From Chrysomallon squamiferum (taxonomy: Eukaryota; Animalia; Mollusca), in the NCBI GenBank assembly GCA_012295275.1, contig CM022677.1, forward strand, positions 14,756,001 through 14,820,000: 64,000 nucleotides of DNA, given 5' to 3'. Under the pieces are notes generated by a model. That model was not told where the DNA came from, searched no databases, and was given only the letters and a program-made list of their open reading frames with translations. Positions 29,440-43,590 of this stretch are shown one piece after another. The position numbers and the translations under genes are program-made. How positions within the stretch are numbered: the first letter of the stretch is position 1; every line of letters starts with the position of its first letter.

Positions 29440-30060
29440 AAGTATAAATAATAGTTAATAAAAAGGAACAGAATAAGCAGAAGTACACCGAGAACGTTAT
29501 GAACCACGCAGGTAAAACGGCAATGACGGCGACATTGATACAAATTACAGTAATATATTTCAGCGTGATGCACTTCCTCAGAAAGTACGGAGAATATTTA
29601 ATAAAAAGCGCTAAACAATAATTAGAAGTACTCCAACAAAGCCAGGAACAACGCCGTTACAACGGTAAATGGAAGAATTAATAAAAAAAACTCTAAAGAA
29701 TAATGAGAAATATTCGATGAAAGCTGGCAACGATATTTAATAGAAATAGTAATAATGCTTTTTAACTAAGATGTTTACACTAAGAAAGCATGAATAATAG
29801 TTAATAAAAAGCAAAAGAAAAAGGAGAAGTACACCTAGAACGTAGAGAACAACGCGGTTACGACGGTAATGACGGCGACATTAATGGAGATAATAATAAT
29901 ATATTTTAATATATGATGGGCTCAGTCAGAAAATAACAATAACAGCGAATAAAAAAAAAAAAGTAATAACGAGGAGTAAACCAGTAATGTTAGGAACAAC
30001 ACTGGTACGATGGCAACGGCGGCAACATTAATAGAAATTAATATATTTTAATAGGTGGTG
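29440..30060. repeat. Diverged tandem array (~100-130 bp unit, GAACAACGCCGTTACGACGGCAATGACGGCGACATTAAT core); second array at 44760-45230
   Basis: Core recurs about five times here and three times at 44860-45170. Confidence 0.8.
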
Positions 30061-30964
30061 AAAGTATGAGGAGTAATTATAATATCAGTAACGGAATAAA
30101 ATAAACGTTATCAGCATAATCTATAATTATCAATATAATTTCTTTTTTTATATCACTTCTGTAATCTGGTTATGTTAATAAGACAAAGGACGATAGTCTG
30201 TAAACAGCGTTTTTTTTTTTTTTTTTAAATATTCGATTAATATTATTGCTTCACCTCTTTTTGTAATTTACAGTGTAGTATTAAGATCTGCGTAACTGTA
30301 AAAAGGAATGTTATCGAAGAAATCCTAAATATCTAAATATCTAAAATATCATGTAAAATACAAAACTCTTTTTTCATTACGCCGTGTAAAAATCCTCACT
30401 GTAATAGTATTCCTAACAGAATATTCGTTATTACATTAAAATCAGCTACTAACAGTAATTTGTAGAGAACTACAGTCAAATATCACGTTAATATATTTTT
30501 ATCTTCTAAGGGTTACCATGCAGGAAGTGTATAGTGTAGATAATAGAATTAGAATTACATAACGGTAAGATTGTTAATTTAAAAAAGGACACTATAGAAG
30601 AAACACTAAAGATTTTTCAATTTATTTTACACGGCGGTGGAGCGCTGATATTAAAGTTATCTGCAGAAAATTATTCATCTTATTAAAATATCACGTTAAT
30701 GTTGTTTAGAATTAAATGTTCCCTTTTTTTCTCAGACCCCGTAACCTTTTCCTGTGCAGTCTCTACCAGTGTAATTAAAGGCACATTAACAGCGTGCAGC
30801 GGGAATCCAATCAGAGAAAATAAGTTAATAAAACTGGTTGATTTGTATTTAAATCAATAAAGCGTTTATTTTATTTTATTTTGTTTTACATATTCAAAAT
30901 ATCTTACTTTCTCGAAATATTTCTCGATACTAGGCCTTGAGTCCTTGGGGCAAACAATCAAGGA

Positions 30965-31002
30965 GTTGGCCCCGGGCATCACCAGACCACTGCACGCCAC
31001 TG
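30965..31002. mobile_element. Isolated hAT-like terminus
   Basis: GGCCCCGGGCATCACCAGACCACTGCACGCCACTG, whose reverse complement begins CAGTGGCGTG, typical of hAT TIRs; partner end not found. Confidence 0.4.
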
Positions 31003-31711
31003 CACATTAATCTGTATTTCAAGATATTTCTTAAAATAATCCTTCTCCTTTAATGATTATATGTTTATTGCGTTATAAAATATAACATCACTTCCCTCGA
31101 ACACAATCTATTTCAGTATTATGATTGCCAAAGACGCGAATTCTTAATAAAAATATCACGTAATTTTTGGATCAGTTGCTTTTAACTCAAAGATAACTGC
31201 CGTTATCTCAAGTTATGGCTGAAAATTGTCAGAATGTGATAAAGTAAGCTAGTGTATTTATAATATATTTTGTTTTCTTTATCTGAATATTAGTTTTATT
31301 GTATAAACGGCTGTAATGGTAGCAGAAGATTTTTTAAAAATAAATATGTTAAAAATTATGGAGAAATTAATGAAGTTTTCTGTTAGTTAAACGACAATCT
31401 TACAGTGATATCAAGAAATAAGAGGTTAATGTTTTAACGATATTTAACAGCATTAAAGAGTATAAAAAGAAAAAGGTTTTTATTTTGTGTTCGCCTCCGA
31501 AATGTTTGATACATGGTAGTCTTTTTTCTTTTAGATCACTTGAAACTAATATCGTAATCGAGACTCATTTCCGACTCGCACGTCACTTCGTGTGTGCTAG
31601 AAAAACATTTTAATCTTCGTTTACTATTGAATGATAACAGATCATTTTGAATTCGCTGATAAGAAATATTCACTTATTAATAATGTTAATGACATCAAGG
31701 TAGGCATCATA

Positions 31712-31749
<38 letters not shown>

Positions 31750-31887
31750 GATTGGGAATGCTCACGATTCGGAACTAAGGACCTCAAAGATTATAGTGTA
31801 TATCAGATCTCATTTTCTTAAACAACAGAAATGTAAACTCAACAAATGTTTTTTAAATTATATTTTATTAATTAATGTATTTATTTA

Positions 31888-31920
<33 letters not shown>

Positions 31921-33337
31921 TCAGAAAATTTAAAATAAATAAATAAGAATGCAATATGAAAATTAATACTGAATAATCTATGCATTTTTCATTATTAACA
32001 ATGGAAAATATATAAATTTTGATTTTTCCAAACCAGTTTCATTCATAATAAAAAATAAAAAGTTATTCAAAAAAATATGAAGTGTAATAAGAGTAAAATA
32101 ATTTTATAATCAACAGTGAAAAAAGTAAACTGAGTAAAATGTACATTCTTGAAGTCCATAATTAATAACTGAATCTGACTGAAAAAAAATTTTTTTTAAA
32201 GAGAAGCTCTGTTTTAGAATTAATTTTTAAGTGATAAACATGCTTTATTTTAACTTTAATAAAAAGTTTGTATATAAACACTGACAGGTGAACAGATGAT
32301 AAAAGATAGATTGATACATAGATGTAGATTAATTCAGTCAATTTTAACTTTTAGACAGATAGTAAAAATATAATAATAAGATATAAACAGACCATAGCTA
32401 TATTAATAGACAGGAAGAAAAGGTACAATGATAAACAACAATTTGGAAAGTGAGAAAATATATAAAATATATAAAGTTATATATAACAAACAGAAAGACA
32501 GGATGATGTAGGTTTGTAGACATAGTTAGATATGTAGGTAGGCAGGAAGTTGGGTAGATGATTGGTATATGGTTATGTGTTGGTACATGCATGAATGGAC
32601 AATATCAAAGAAAAATAGGTAAGATAGAAGAAGCAGATAGGTAGATAGATCGTTAGGTTTGAGTGTAGAGGAGGTAACTCGGCAAGTTGATGGATAGATA
32701 CAAAGAGAGAGAGAATGATGGATAGGAAGATAGGTAACTACATGTATAATGAAGTGCGAGTACATGTTTTTGATGTGCTAGAACGTGTGAATGAAAATGT
32801 GCTTGTGTTGTAAATGGACAGACATACAGAAAGACAGAGGTTGTAAGGTAGTTATGCAGGGAGGTAGCTGCAGAGATGGACAGATGATTTATGGATGGTT
32901 ATTGATGGATCAGAATGTGAACAGAGAGATCAAAAAAGAAAATGTTAGGTTGGTACATGTATATATGGCAAAGTAGAAATTGGTATTGGCATATAGGTAT
33001 GTAAGTTGAGTACATTGTTCTGTTACAGAAATGTATATATGTATGTGAAGGGAAATGTGCTTTTGTGTTTTTTGAGGGGTGGCTGTTAATTTAATGTGAA
33101 AGGAGGAGTTAATGTATATACACATATGCATGTGTAAGAAAGTTTTATTGTGCATTTTTGAGGGCCAGTCAGAGGGGATGTGCATATATATAAGAGTGTT
33201 TATAGATGGACATATATACAGTATATAGATAGGGAGATTTAATGTAAAAGACAAATAGACAGATAAAATAGATACACCATTGATAGATAAGTAGATATGT
33301 AAGCAAATCAGTCGGTAGATCAGTATGTACATAGGAC

Positions 33338-33369
<32 letters not shown>

Positions 33370-33500
33370 TGCAGGTACCTATGGTTGTGTCAGAGAAGTA
33401 TTGCTAAATATGTGAGAGTGTACTTGTGTTATAAATAGAGAGAAATACAGAAAGATAGATTTGTATGTAGTGATAGAGACACTAACACAAAGAGGCATGG

Positions 33501-33533
<33 letters not shown>

Positions 33534-36154
33534 GTGTGTGTGTGTATGTGTGTGTGTGTATATATATAGAGAGAGAGTATGGATGCATTGAAAAGGATTT
33601 AGGAATGTTTGGATGTACATGGTGTGAGTGAGTGATTTACTTAGAGTTTGATGGGCAGATAAATAGACAAATATACATACCAATGGTCTGAATTTTGTGT
33701 CTGTGTGTAATGGTATTTTAAAAACTTCTAGTTTGTTTTGTTCTTAAAAACAAGTCTGGAAGAATGAAAAAAGAAGGATGCAAGCAAGATAGAAGTGCTT
33801 TACTTGTTTAAGTGATCAAAAACTCTTCTCAGTTTCCCTTCTTTTCTTAAAATTTACTAATTGTTAATTTCAATTTATTTATTTACATTTTGTTTTGTTT
33901 TATTGTACTTCCTCCTTTTTTATCTTATTATTATTAATACTACTACTTGTTCTGAAGTAAGTAGTCTGGATATTTATTATAATAATAAATAATTATGATA
34001 ATAGTAATGTGTTTAAGTACATATGTACATATGAATGCAGGGCTTGTAATGGCTAGTCGCCAAATGCTACCAAACTTCTGTTTGGATGACTGGGATGTTA
34101 AAAAAATTATGAGTTAGTTTCTGAAGAATATTTTTAAATCTTACTTCAATACATGTTTTCCTTTATAAACTGAAATATGAATCTGGTCAACTATATATAT
34201 ATGAATTTGTTCTCAAAAGATTCTATTATGCAAAATAAGCATACATTCCTAGTCTGTGATAGGAAAAAATACAGTTGTTGAGCCAGTAAATCTAATATTA
34301 AGTTGATAGGCGTCAGATTGAGAAAATTCTTTGATATATTTCTATGTCATTTGTTATACCATTTTCCCAGTATAGTGAAAGAAACACTTACCAACAAACC
34401 ATTATTAAAATAGTCCTACTTATGACTGAGAATTTGAAGCTTGACATGTTCAAACTTGAACAGACATTTACTATTTGAAAAGTAAACATAAATAATGTAA
34501 TTACGATATGTTTATTTATGTTCTTTGGTCTGGTTACAGGATTATCCTATTATTACATACTAAGTAGATTGGATTGTAATGGTGTATAGTTTTTTTTTTT
34601 TGTTGTAGTCTGGATGATTCTAACTAATAGTACATAAGCCCAGCTGACTGTTAAGAAGTTTTGTTTGTTTCAGTGTATAGCAGAAAATTATAATTATGAT
34701 AAATTAATTAATCACATTAGAAAATTATACCGGATTTTTTAAATACTTTTTGTTCTATATTTGTTTATTTAGACAAAACTGGCTAAATAGTAGAACAAAG
34801 TGACTTGTACATCAAACCAGATAGTTGTTTAAATGTTTAAATACAGCTATCATACCACCAGCACAAACTTTGGATCTTGTGATGTCCAGCATTTCAGAGG
34901 ATTTTCTTAACCAGCTTGTAAGACCTTTCAGGTAAGTCAGACAAAAGACAGATCAGTAGATTTTATATATTTTTTATTTGTTTTAATGAAGAAAAATAGA
35001 ATTTTAAATAATTATTTAAAAATATGTAACAACAACATGAATAGTAATAATATCAGCAGCAACAACCACCACCACCACAACAATAAGAAAAAGAATAATT
35101 AAAATAAAACAAACCTGTAAAAACCAGTACTTCATTTCTTGATTCTGTTTTATAAAAATTCCACGATATTCCTGAAAAATGTACCTTCCAAATGCATAGA
35201 CATCAAGTTGGTGGTAATTATGTTATAAACTGCCATTGATAAGAAAGAAGCAGATGTAAATCCTTACAACTCTGTTTCCTACCAGTTAAAACTTTATATA
35301 TGAGATGACACAGAAGTTATTAGTTTCCTTGTCAGTGTTGCAGTATCATATGATTGTCTGAATTATTTCATTCAGGATTCAAATCTGATATATATATTTT
35401 TTTTATGAATTAATTATATCATCTCATTCAAAACACTAGCAATTTATTATTATTAATTAATTAGAATTCTCGTTATCTTTTGGGATTAAAAGATTAGTAT
35501 TGTGGATAAATTTAATGTTGTACCAGATTATTAACTTATATTTTTAATCAAATCTAAAATTAGATGTATAGAATCAGTTCTAAGAGTTCCAAAAAAGTAA
35601 TGCAGCAAGTAATCAAAATGACTGAATTCACATACCTAGTGCAGAATGACATTAACATTTTGTTATTAGAACTGAAAAGCATTGGTATCTGTTATGATAT
35701 AGTTATCATGTGTCACTGTAAATTATTTTTTAGTTCATTCTATCAAGTTCTGTCAAATTGTTGTGATTCACTAACAGTTGTCAAAGATAAACATTTGTCC
35801 TTATTGTTGGATTTTTGACAATGATTTATGATTAGCAAGTCTGGTTATACCTTCAGTTGAAATGGCTCATTGGTCATTCTCTCTAGCTTTTTTCCCTAGT
35901 TTTCAATTCTGTTTATTTAAATCATGTAGAGTTATTGCATATATATGCATTTTATTTATACTGACATTTTATATTATGCTGAGATTTCCTTATTTCAGTC
36001 ATTGCAGACATTAGTTAAATTAGTTCAGGAAACACCTTTTGTGTTCAGCAGTTCATGTTGCATCCATCATTTTCATTAACTAGCAAAATATCAGCAATAT
36101 CCAGATTTGTTTTCCCATTAGGACAGCTGTCAAAACAGTATATTTTTATTTCAG

Positions 36155-36815
36155 TTCACCAACTTATCAGATGAAGAAGTCAAAGTAAGTAAATTTCTAT
36201 TCTGTTAATGAGATCTTTCAATGTGATAAACAATACATATGTGAAAAATGATTATTTATTCAGTTAGTGTAGTGTTTTGGAGATGGTGTATGCTTTTAGT
36301 GTTTATTAAATGTAGTAATAGTTTTTCTAGTTACACATTTATCTTTAACTTATTACACTAGACAATCTTCACTCAGTTTAGTCTGAAAATGAAATAACAA
36401 GCTTATGAAAAGAGATAATTTTCCTGTTTAAAAAGCCATAGTATAGATACAAATGTTAAAAATCAAACAACACACACACTCTCACGTACACGCAGAATAT
36501 GTATCTCTTGCTCAGACTATTGGAATTTATGTTTCCTATTTACAAAATGATGTGCATCTAATGAAATGTCTGCTTATTATTTTATTAACATACTTTATTA
36601 TTTTCAGTGTAATGTGACTTGAATGTTCTTACATTAGCGTTTGATTGAATTTATATATTACAGTTTATTTTTGGTATTTTAACTAGACTAAGTTCCTGAC
36701 CTTCAAGATGGACAAATTAACTCCAGAGCAGAGAAAAGAGAGTCAAGAAAGGTCGTGGGACATTGCTGAAAAGAACATGGACCAAGAACTACATGGCTTA
36801 AGGAATGATGTTGAG
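36155..36815 (+). pseudogene. IRAG/LRMP (MRVI1-family) exon fragments, left copy (exons 36155-36184, 36687-36815)
   Basis: AG/GT-bounded exons encode FTNLSDEEVK + TKFLTFKMDKLTPEQRKESQERSWDIAEKNMDQELHGLRNDVE, resembling the IRAG coiled-coil EVExxFxxLSLxFKxDxxTLExR...ERSRDLAEEN. Confidence 0.7.
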
Positions 36816-37540
36816 GTATGTGTGAAATCAGTTCATAAAGAAAAACAGATCTATGTTAATTTTGTTGAAGATGTTTCTGAATGAAACATTCTACTTTACC
36901 TTTAATTATGTGAATCAAATTCATCTTTATTTTTATCTCTTTAGATTAGTTTTCAGTAAATAATTTGAATTGATAACTGCATCATTAAATATCATCAGAA
37001 TACAAAACAAAAGATGTAAAAAAGGTTATGTTTCAATTTTTAGTTTACTATAATTATATTGATTCATGCAGACTTAATTTATTTAATTGTTTTATAACAA
37101 GTAAATGTCAGTATTTAATCAGAATGTAATATTTTTATCAGAAGCTAATGTTAACTGTTATCTCATTACTTGCATTTTTTATTATTTTTATTAGCCCTAA
37201 TCAGATACACATTGATGAAAAAGACTGTTAATTCAGATTTTTTGTAAGAAAAAATAATGTAAATTATTTGTTGCTGAATTGAGAGCTCTTAAGAATATTC
37301 ATATCTTTGTTGTCACTGATGTACTTAATTAAGGACGGCAGTGTGTTGGCTTTTTTTTGTTGTTATTATAATTATTATTATTATTATTTTTTATTTTTTT
37401 TATTTTCTTACATTTTCCTTTCTCTGTATTTTCTTTTTTATCTTCTCAAGTCTTCCATGTCCTTGCTACTGCTGCTGCTGCTATTGTTGTTGTTGTTGTT
37501 GTTGTTGTTGTTATTATATATTTTTTTTAATTATTGACAG

Positions 37541-37740
37541 ATATAGCAACAGCTTCAGATTCCGATGATAGTCTTTCGTGTTGACTTTGTATGGACATTT
37601 TTGACAAGCTGCGAGTTCTGTATTGAGGACACTTGTTCTGCACCAAATGTCTGCAGGGCTACATAAACAACACTTACAACAACAATGAGATAAAACTGTT
37701 CTTGTCCTGTTTCCATTCTGGTGTCAGGTGCAGACAAAAG
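37541..37740 (+). pseudogene. Disabled TRIM-type RING exon, left copy
   Basis: Paralog of 55293-55495 with ATG changed to ATA and two Cys codons changed to TGA. Confidence 0.75.
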
Positions 37741-38224
37741 TAAAATTGTTGTCAGTGATTATAACAATTACTGTGTAAAAGAAACTCACTGATAGACAGA
37801 TACGATTATTTAGTGTTGATTGCAGTCTTGAATATATGCTTAAAAAGTCATTTTACATTAAACATATGTTAAAATTTAAAGTATTTTAAAATAAATAGCA
37901 TATAAAAAAAAAAAATTCATGAATAGTCAAATTTCCATCAATCATTCAGTGACTGACAAAAACAAGAAGTATTAATATCACATTAGATTTTATATTCTTT
38001 TAGTTCTGTTTTTAACAATAACATTTTGAATTAATAATGTAAAACAGGTATTTAATTTCAGTTTTCATGAATGTCCTGATATAAAAATAACAAGTATTAT
38101 AATATCACATTTCAGATGTTATATTCTTTTAGTTCTGTTTTTAACAATAACGTTTTGAATTAATATTGTAGTACAGGTAAATGATATAAGATTTCATGAA
38201 TGACCTCATATAAAAACAACCATC

Positions 38225-39365
38225 TGTAACTAGACACGATGCATTGCCTTGAACAGACTCACTGACAGGGTAGTACATACCACAGTCTGTAATATACTAG
38301 AATGATGCACTGCCATGAACAAACACACTCACTGACAGGATAGTACATACCACAATCTATAATAGACTAGACATGATGCATTGCCATGAACAAACACACT
38401 CACTGACAGGATAGTACATACCACAGTGTAATATACTGGACACGATACACTGCCTTCAACAGACTAACAGACAGGATAGTACATACCACATTCTGTAATA
38501 TATTAGACACGATGCACTGCCTTCAACACAGATACTCACTGACAGGATAGTACATACCACATTCTGTAATATATTAGACACGATGCACTGCCTTCAACAC
38601 AGATACTCACTGATATGGTAGTACATACCACATTCTGTAATATATTAGACACGATGCACTGCCTTCAACACAGATACTCACTGATATGGTAGTACATACC
38701 ACAGTCTGTAATATATTAGACACGATGCACTACCTTGAACAAACAGACTCACAGACAGCATAGTACATACCACAGTCATTAATATACTAGACACGATGCA
38801 CTGCCTTCAACAGACTCACAGACAGGATAGTACATACCACAGCCTGTAATATACTAGACACGATGCCCTGCCTTGAACAAACAAACTCACTGACAGGATA
38901 GTACATACCACAGTCTGTAATATACTAGACACGATGCACTGCCTTGAACAAACAAACTCACTGACAGGATAGTACATACCACAGTCTGTAATATACTAGA
39001 TACAGTGCAGTGCCTTGAACAGACTCACTGACAGGGTAGTACATACCAGAGTCCGTAATATACTAGACAGCATGCACTGCCTTAAACAAACAGACACGCT
39101 GACAAGGTAGTACATACCACAGTCTGTAATATACTAGATACAGGGCACGGCCTTGAACAAACAGAGTCACTGACAGGGCAGTACATACCAGAGTCTGTAA
39201 TATACTACACACGATGCACTGCCTTAAACAAAGAGACACGCTGACAAGGTAGTACCTACCACAGTCTGTAATAGATACAGGGCACAGACTTGAACAAACA
39301 GACTCACTGACAGGATAGTACATATCACAGTCTGTAATATACTAGATACAGTGCACTGCCTCGAA
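38225..39365. repeat. ~67-71 bp minisatellite, ~16 copies (inverted partner 53488-54752)
   Basis: GTACATACCACAGTCTGTAATATACTAGACACGATGCACTGCCTTGAAC core recurs at 38273, 38343, 38414, 38479, 38550 etc. Confidence 0.95.
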
Positions 39366-40749
39366 CAAGCAGTCAGCCATATTCAATTGTGGACTGGAGT
39401 TGGTGAAGAGTAAAGATATAAAATCAACATTAGTTATACCTTTCATCTTCAAATCCGAAAATAATTTTAGAAAGAAACTACATCAGAATCTTACCAAACT
39501 CAGAATCAGGTACTCAACTAATCTAAACTCAATCAAATTCAGAAACAAAACATTTTTCCAGTGAACAGATTTGCTCACAGTTCAATAAACAAGATGTACT
39601 GGCTTACCTTATTTTGCCAACATCTAAACTGAAATATCAAAATTCTTTATTAATTAAAATGCCCAGAGAAATTGAGTCCTACTTATTCAAATCAGCTGGT
39701 AATAAATTTTGAAACAAACTATTTTTTTATTATTATTATTATTCCGGATAAGTAACCGTACTGGAATTGAAAAGGAAAAGCATTGCAAAAACAAGGTTAT
39801 AGAGTTATCTCCCATGATAACTTGTTCCGTTAACCAACCGATCATTCTTTAACCTGACGGTGTAAGAGTTCGCTAGATTTGCTCGTTGGCTTCACTTTAG
39901 CGAACTAATACTTGAATTAATAAGGAAAATCAATAGCAAACTCTTGCTGATAGAGTTATAGCCTGTGATAAACTGTTTTGTTAACCAACCGATAACTCTA
40001 TAACGTTAAGGTTGGAAATGTTAGTTGGCTTCACTTTAGCATTAATGTGTATAAATAGATTTTGGCAAATACGGTAAGCCGATACGTCGAACTTATGAAA
40101 CTATGAACAATCCTTTTATGTGAAATAAATATTTGAAATAAAATTATTAACAGTGGCTCTTTTGTTATAACGTATAGAAAAAATATGGTGAAAAATGTCC
40201 ACATATATTGGATTCAAAAGATATAGCACTACAGATCCACTACATGTAACACAAGCGACATATATCATATATCATACCCCACTGTAATAGCCGTAAATCT
40301 TCCTAAACATCTCCCCGATAATGAGAACCAGTTGTTTAAACCGTAAGTGAGAATGTTGATCGAGTGATCACTTTTCTCCTTCCATTTACTTGTTGTCCTT
40401 GTAGTGAGACAGAGCGGGATGTGAATATGACACCTGATGACAGACATCATCACAAAATGTAAACGCTGCTCCTGTAAGACGCTCATCAGCATAGTAATCC
40501 TCATAACTTACACCTCTCTGCAGTTGTTGTGAAAAGTAAGTCAGAAACTCTTTCTGAAAACTCTCCTCAAACTGAGATTTCGCTCAAGTACTTTTGGCTC
40601 AGTTGCTGCTGCAGGGTAACAGAGGCAGTTCGTTACTGAGGACAGTCACATGTTCTGCGTGTGTGTGTGTGTGTGGGAGACAGAGACATGTCGCAGATTT
40701 TATTACATAATAAAAATTATTATTCAGTATTTTTATTATTATTAAATGT

Positions 40750-41290
40750 TTCACGTAAGAGACATACCTCTAATCCCTGTTTGTGAGCACATATCACTAA
40801 AGGGAGATAACTATAATCGATGTAATTTTTACTTTGCTTACTGAATACATCTCACGTAAGGGACATACTCTAAACTATGTTTGTGAACACATACCAGTAA
40901 AGGGAGATAACTCTAATCGATATAATTTTTAGTTCGCGGAGTAAACATCTCCGACTTCGGAGGACACGTCAGGGATTATGTAACGTGATTATATATATAT
41001 ATAAAGTGAATTTTCCTCAATCGTGGCATTTTTTGAGGTTCCATTTATCCCGTATGGATAATAAGCTTACGTAAGCTTAGTGAGTACATCTCACGTAAGG
41101 GACATAACTCTAATATATGTTTGTGAACACATATCACTAAAGGGAAATAACTATAATCGATGTAATTTTTACTTTGCTTAGTCTCACGTAAGGGACATAT
41201 CTCTAAACTATGTTTGTGAACACATATCACTAAAGGGAGATAACTATAATCGCTGTAATTTTTACTTGGCGGAGTAAACTCCTCCCACTA
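40750..41290. repeat. GGGAGATAACT satellite-like units, opposite orientation to 16600-16980 and 43195-43590
   Basis: Reverse complement of the same motifs. Confidence 0.9.
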
Positions 41291-41340
41291 CCGGTGATAC
41301 GTCAGGGCTTTTTATATATACATAATATTACTATTACTAT

Positions 41341-41385
<45 letters not shown>

Positions 41386-41795
41386 CAGTAGTAGTAGTAG
41401 TAGTTGTAGTATCTCTATTTGTGCATTCTTAATTTATTTCACATATTTAAAATGTTTCTTTATTAAAACCTTAATATTTTTTCATTCATGCTATTCAGAG
41501 TAAAAATAAGGTCAAGAATTTAAATTTGTTACGAAATTCCGTTTTGATACGCGAAAATTTCTATATTTTATTTATTATGATTAGAGAAAGAGAGATTTGG
41601 ATTTCACTACAACTGTCAGTTTGTTTGGTTTCATAAAAATTTCATTTCACTGTAAAAATGTAGTATAAAAATTTCAAATACATGTAAATACTGTTTTTAA
41701 GCCTTTTCATACTGACACGTTATTTAAATTTCACAGATATAATGATTTCTAGAGTGTAAAATTGTTAATTTTGTGTTGAGAGAACAGATCGAGTT

Positions 41796-41865
<70 letters not shown>

Positions 41866-42539
41866 AAGAAAGAGAAAGAGAGACAAAGAGAGAGACCAGA
41901 GAGACAGAGAGAGAGAGATTAACTACAAAGAGACCGAGAGAAATGTAACCGTTAACCAAATACTAACATTTAACAAATACTAACTATTGACAAAATACTA
42001 ACATTTAACAAATACTAACCATTACTAACATCCCCTACGTGTACTGAACCTCACCGTGGTGTAGGTGTGGCAACATTTCCAAAGTGAATGGCTAATTAGT
42101 ACATTTATATTATATTAATTGGTTAGATAGATAGATATACGTACCTTCAGAGATAGTTACTGAAGATAGATGAACAGATGGATACATAGGGTATTGCTAC
42201 TTTTTTCTAATCTCGAATACAGTGTCATTAATTTGAAAGCCCTTTCTATACACAGACAGGCCAACAGAAGTGTATGTACTTATGACATATAAATATCTCC
42301 CTCTGGCTTTCTTACTCTCTCTCTCTCTCACTCCCCGGATTACTCTAATCAGATGGATTATTTTATTTTACCAGATATTATGTGATAATTAAGTATTATA
42401 GGTTCTGTGATTAATGTGCTCTTTAACGGAAAATATTATAGACACTTCTTGGCCCCCATATTTGGTGATGAAATCAATAGTTTTGGAATTGATATAGTCT
42501 ATTCTGAGTTTTATTTACGTTTTTTGAAACAGTTGAAAA

Positions 42540-42986
42540 TCCACTGTCCATCTGGCGGGCGCGTTGTCAAACTTCAAATAAAATCAAGAGGATGAGGTCT
42601 GCCGAGGCACTGACAGAAGAAGAAAGTGTTAAGAGGTATGAAGAAGAGTTGGCAGAGAAAAAGAAGGAGGAGGAAGTAAAGGCCAAGAAAACAAATATTT
42701 TAGAGGCAAAATTACAACAAAAAAAATAGAAGATACCGAAGTGGATGCAGACAAAGAAAACGTTGATGGTGATGAGCATGAACTAGAAAACAGAGATGTA
42801 GTAGATACACAAGAAAAATGTGAATTCTGTGGCATAACTGATGATGGAATGAATTCTGAGGAGTTCATAGGATGTGACGGGTGTCCAAATTGGCATTGTC
42901 TTGATTCTTGCGCAAATCTTGAAATACCAGCTGGTGCAGACTTTAAAGATATTGTATTCTTGTGTGATATTTGTCAAGGAGTTTAG
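42540..42986 (+). pseudogene. 3' fragment of a probable pogo-like transposase: charged coiled coil + PHD-like finger
   Basis: AEALTEEESVKRYEEELAEKKKEEEVKAKK followed by CEFC..EEFIGCDGCPNWHCLDSC..FLCDIC*; stops upstream. Transposase origin inferred from the usual pogo C-terminal layout. Confidence 0.6.
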
Positions 42987-43186
42987 NNNNNNNNNNNNNN
43001 NNNNNNNNNNNNNNNNNNNNNNNNNNNNNNNNNNNNNNNNNNNNNNNNNNNNNNNNNNNNNNNNNNNNNNNNNNNNNNNNNNNNNNNNNNNNNNNNNNNN
43101 NNNNNNNNNNNNNNNNNNNNNNNNNNNNNNNNNNNNNNNNNNNNNNNNNNNNNNNNNNNNNNNNNNNNNNNNNNNNNNNNNNNNNN
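42987..43186. other. Assembly gap (200 N)
   Basis: Run of N. Confidence 1.
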
Positions 43187-43194
43187 ATGCAAGG

Positions 43195-43590
43195 GTGGGA
43201 GGTTTACTCAGCAGTAAAAGAGGCTATATTGATTACAGTTTAGTGATATGTGCTCACAAACATAGATTAGAGTTAGGTCCCTTACATGAGATGTACTCAG
43301 TAAACAAATTAAAAATTATATCGATTAGACTTATCTCCCTTTAGTGATATGTGTTCACAAACATAGATTTGAGTTATGTCCCTTATGTGAGATGTACTCA
43401 CTAAGCAAAGTGAAAATTGTATCGATTACAGTTATCTCCCTTACGTGACATGTACTCACTAAATAAAGTAAAAATTATATCGATTAGAGTTATCTCCCTT
43501 TAGTGATATGTGCTCGCAACTTTAGCCTTACGTGAGATGTACTCACTAAGCTTACGTACGCTAATTATCCATATGGGATAAATGGAATCT
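43195..43590. repeat. AGAGTTATCTCCC satellite-bearing element, inverted relative to 41040-41290
   Basis: Ends GTGGGAGGTTTACT and ATCCATATGGGATAAATGG match the reverse complement of 41273-41288 and 41041-41060. Confidence 0.85.

Larger units (their letters stand above)
24903..30500. repeat. Pair of ~420-bp diverged inverted repeats (24903-25325 and 30095-30500)
   Basis: e.g. TCCTTTGTCTTATTAACATAACCAGATTACAGA (~25199-25230) vs TCTGTAATCTGGTTATGTTAATAAGACAAAGGA (~30158-30190); colinear matches along the whole arm. Confidence 0.85.
34245..42986 (+). repeat. Left copy of ~8.5-kb duplicated block (inverted partner 51574-59612)
   Basis: Colinear reverse-complement similarity through exons, introns, minisatellite and PHD region; ends exactly at the N gap. 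Confidence 0.93.

Noticed and set aside
32280-33700. Purine-rich strand-biased region with several ORFs
   Set aside because: Degenerate GATA/GT-type simple sequence with no coding signal
34038-34095. CAGGGCTT.. hAT-like terminus as the boundary of the duplicated block
   Set aside because: No matching partner end or TSD found; not present at the end of the right copy
38225-39365. Regularly spaced repeats resembling a CRISPR array (also 21405-21895, 53488-54752)
   Set aside because: Whole units repeat with no unique spacers, no cas genes, eukaryotic context
42874-43344. ORFs containing X runs
   Set aside because: They only stay open across the N gap
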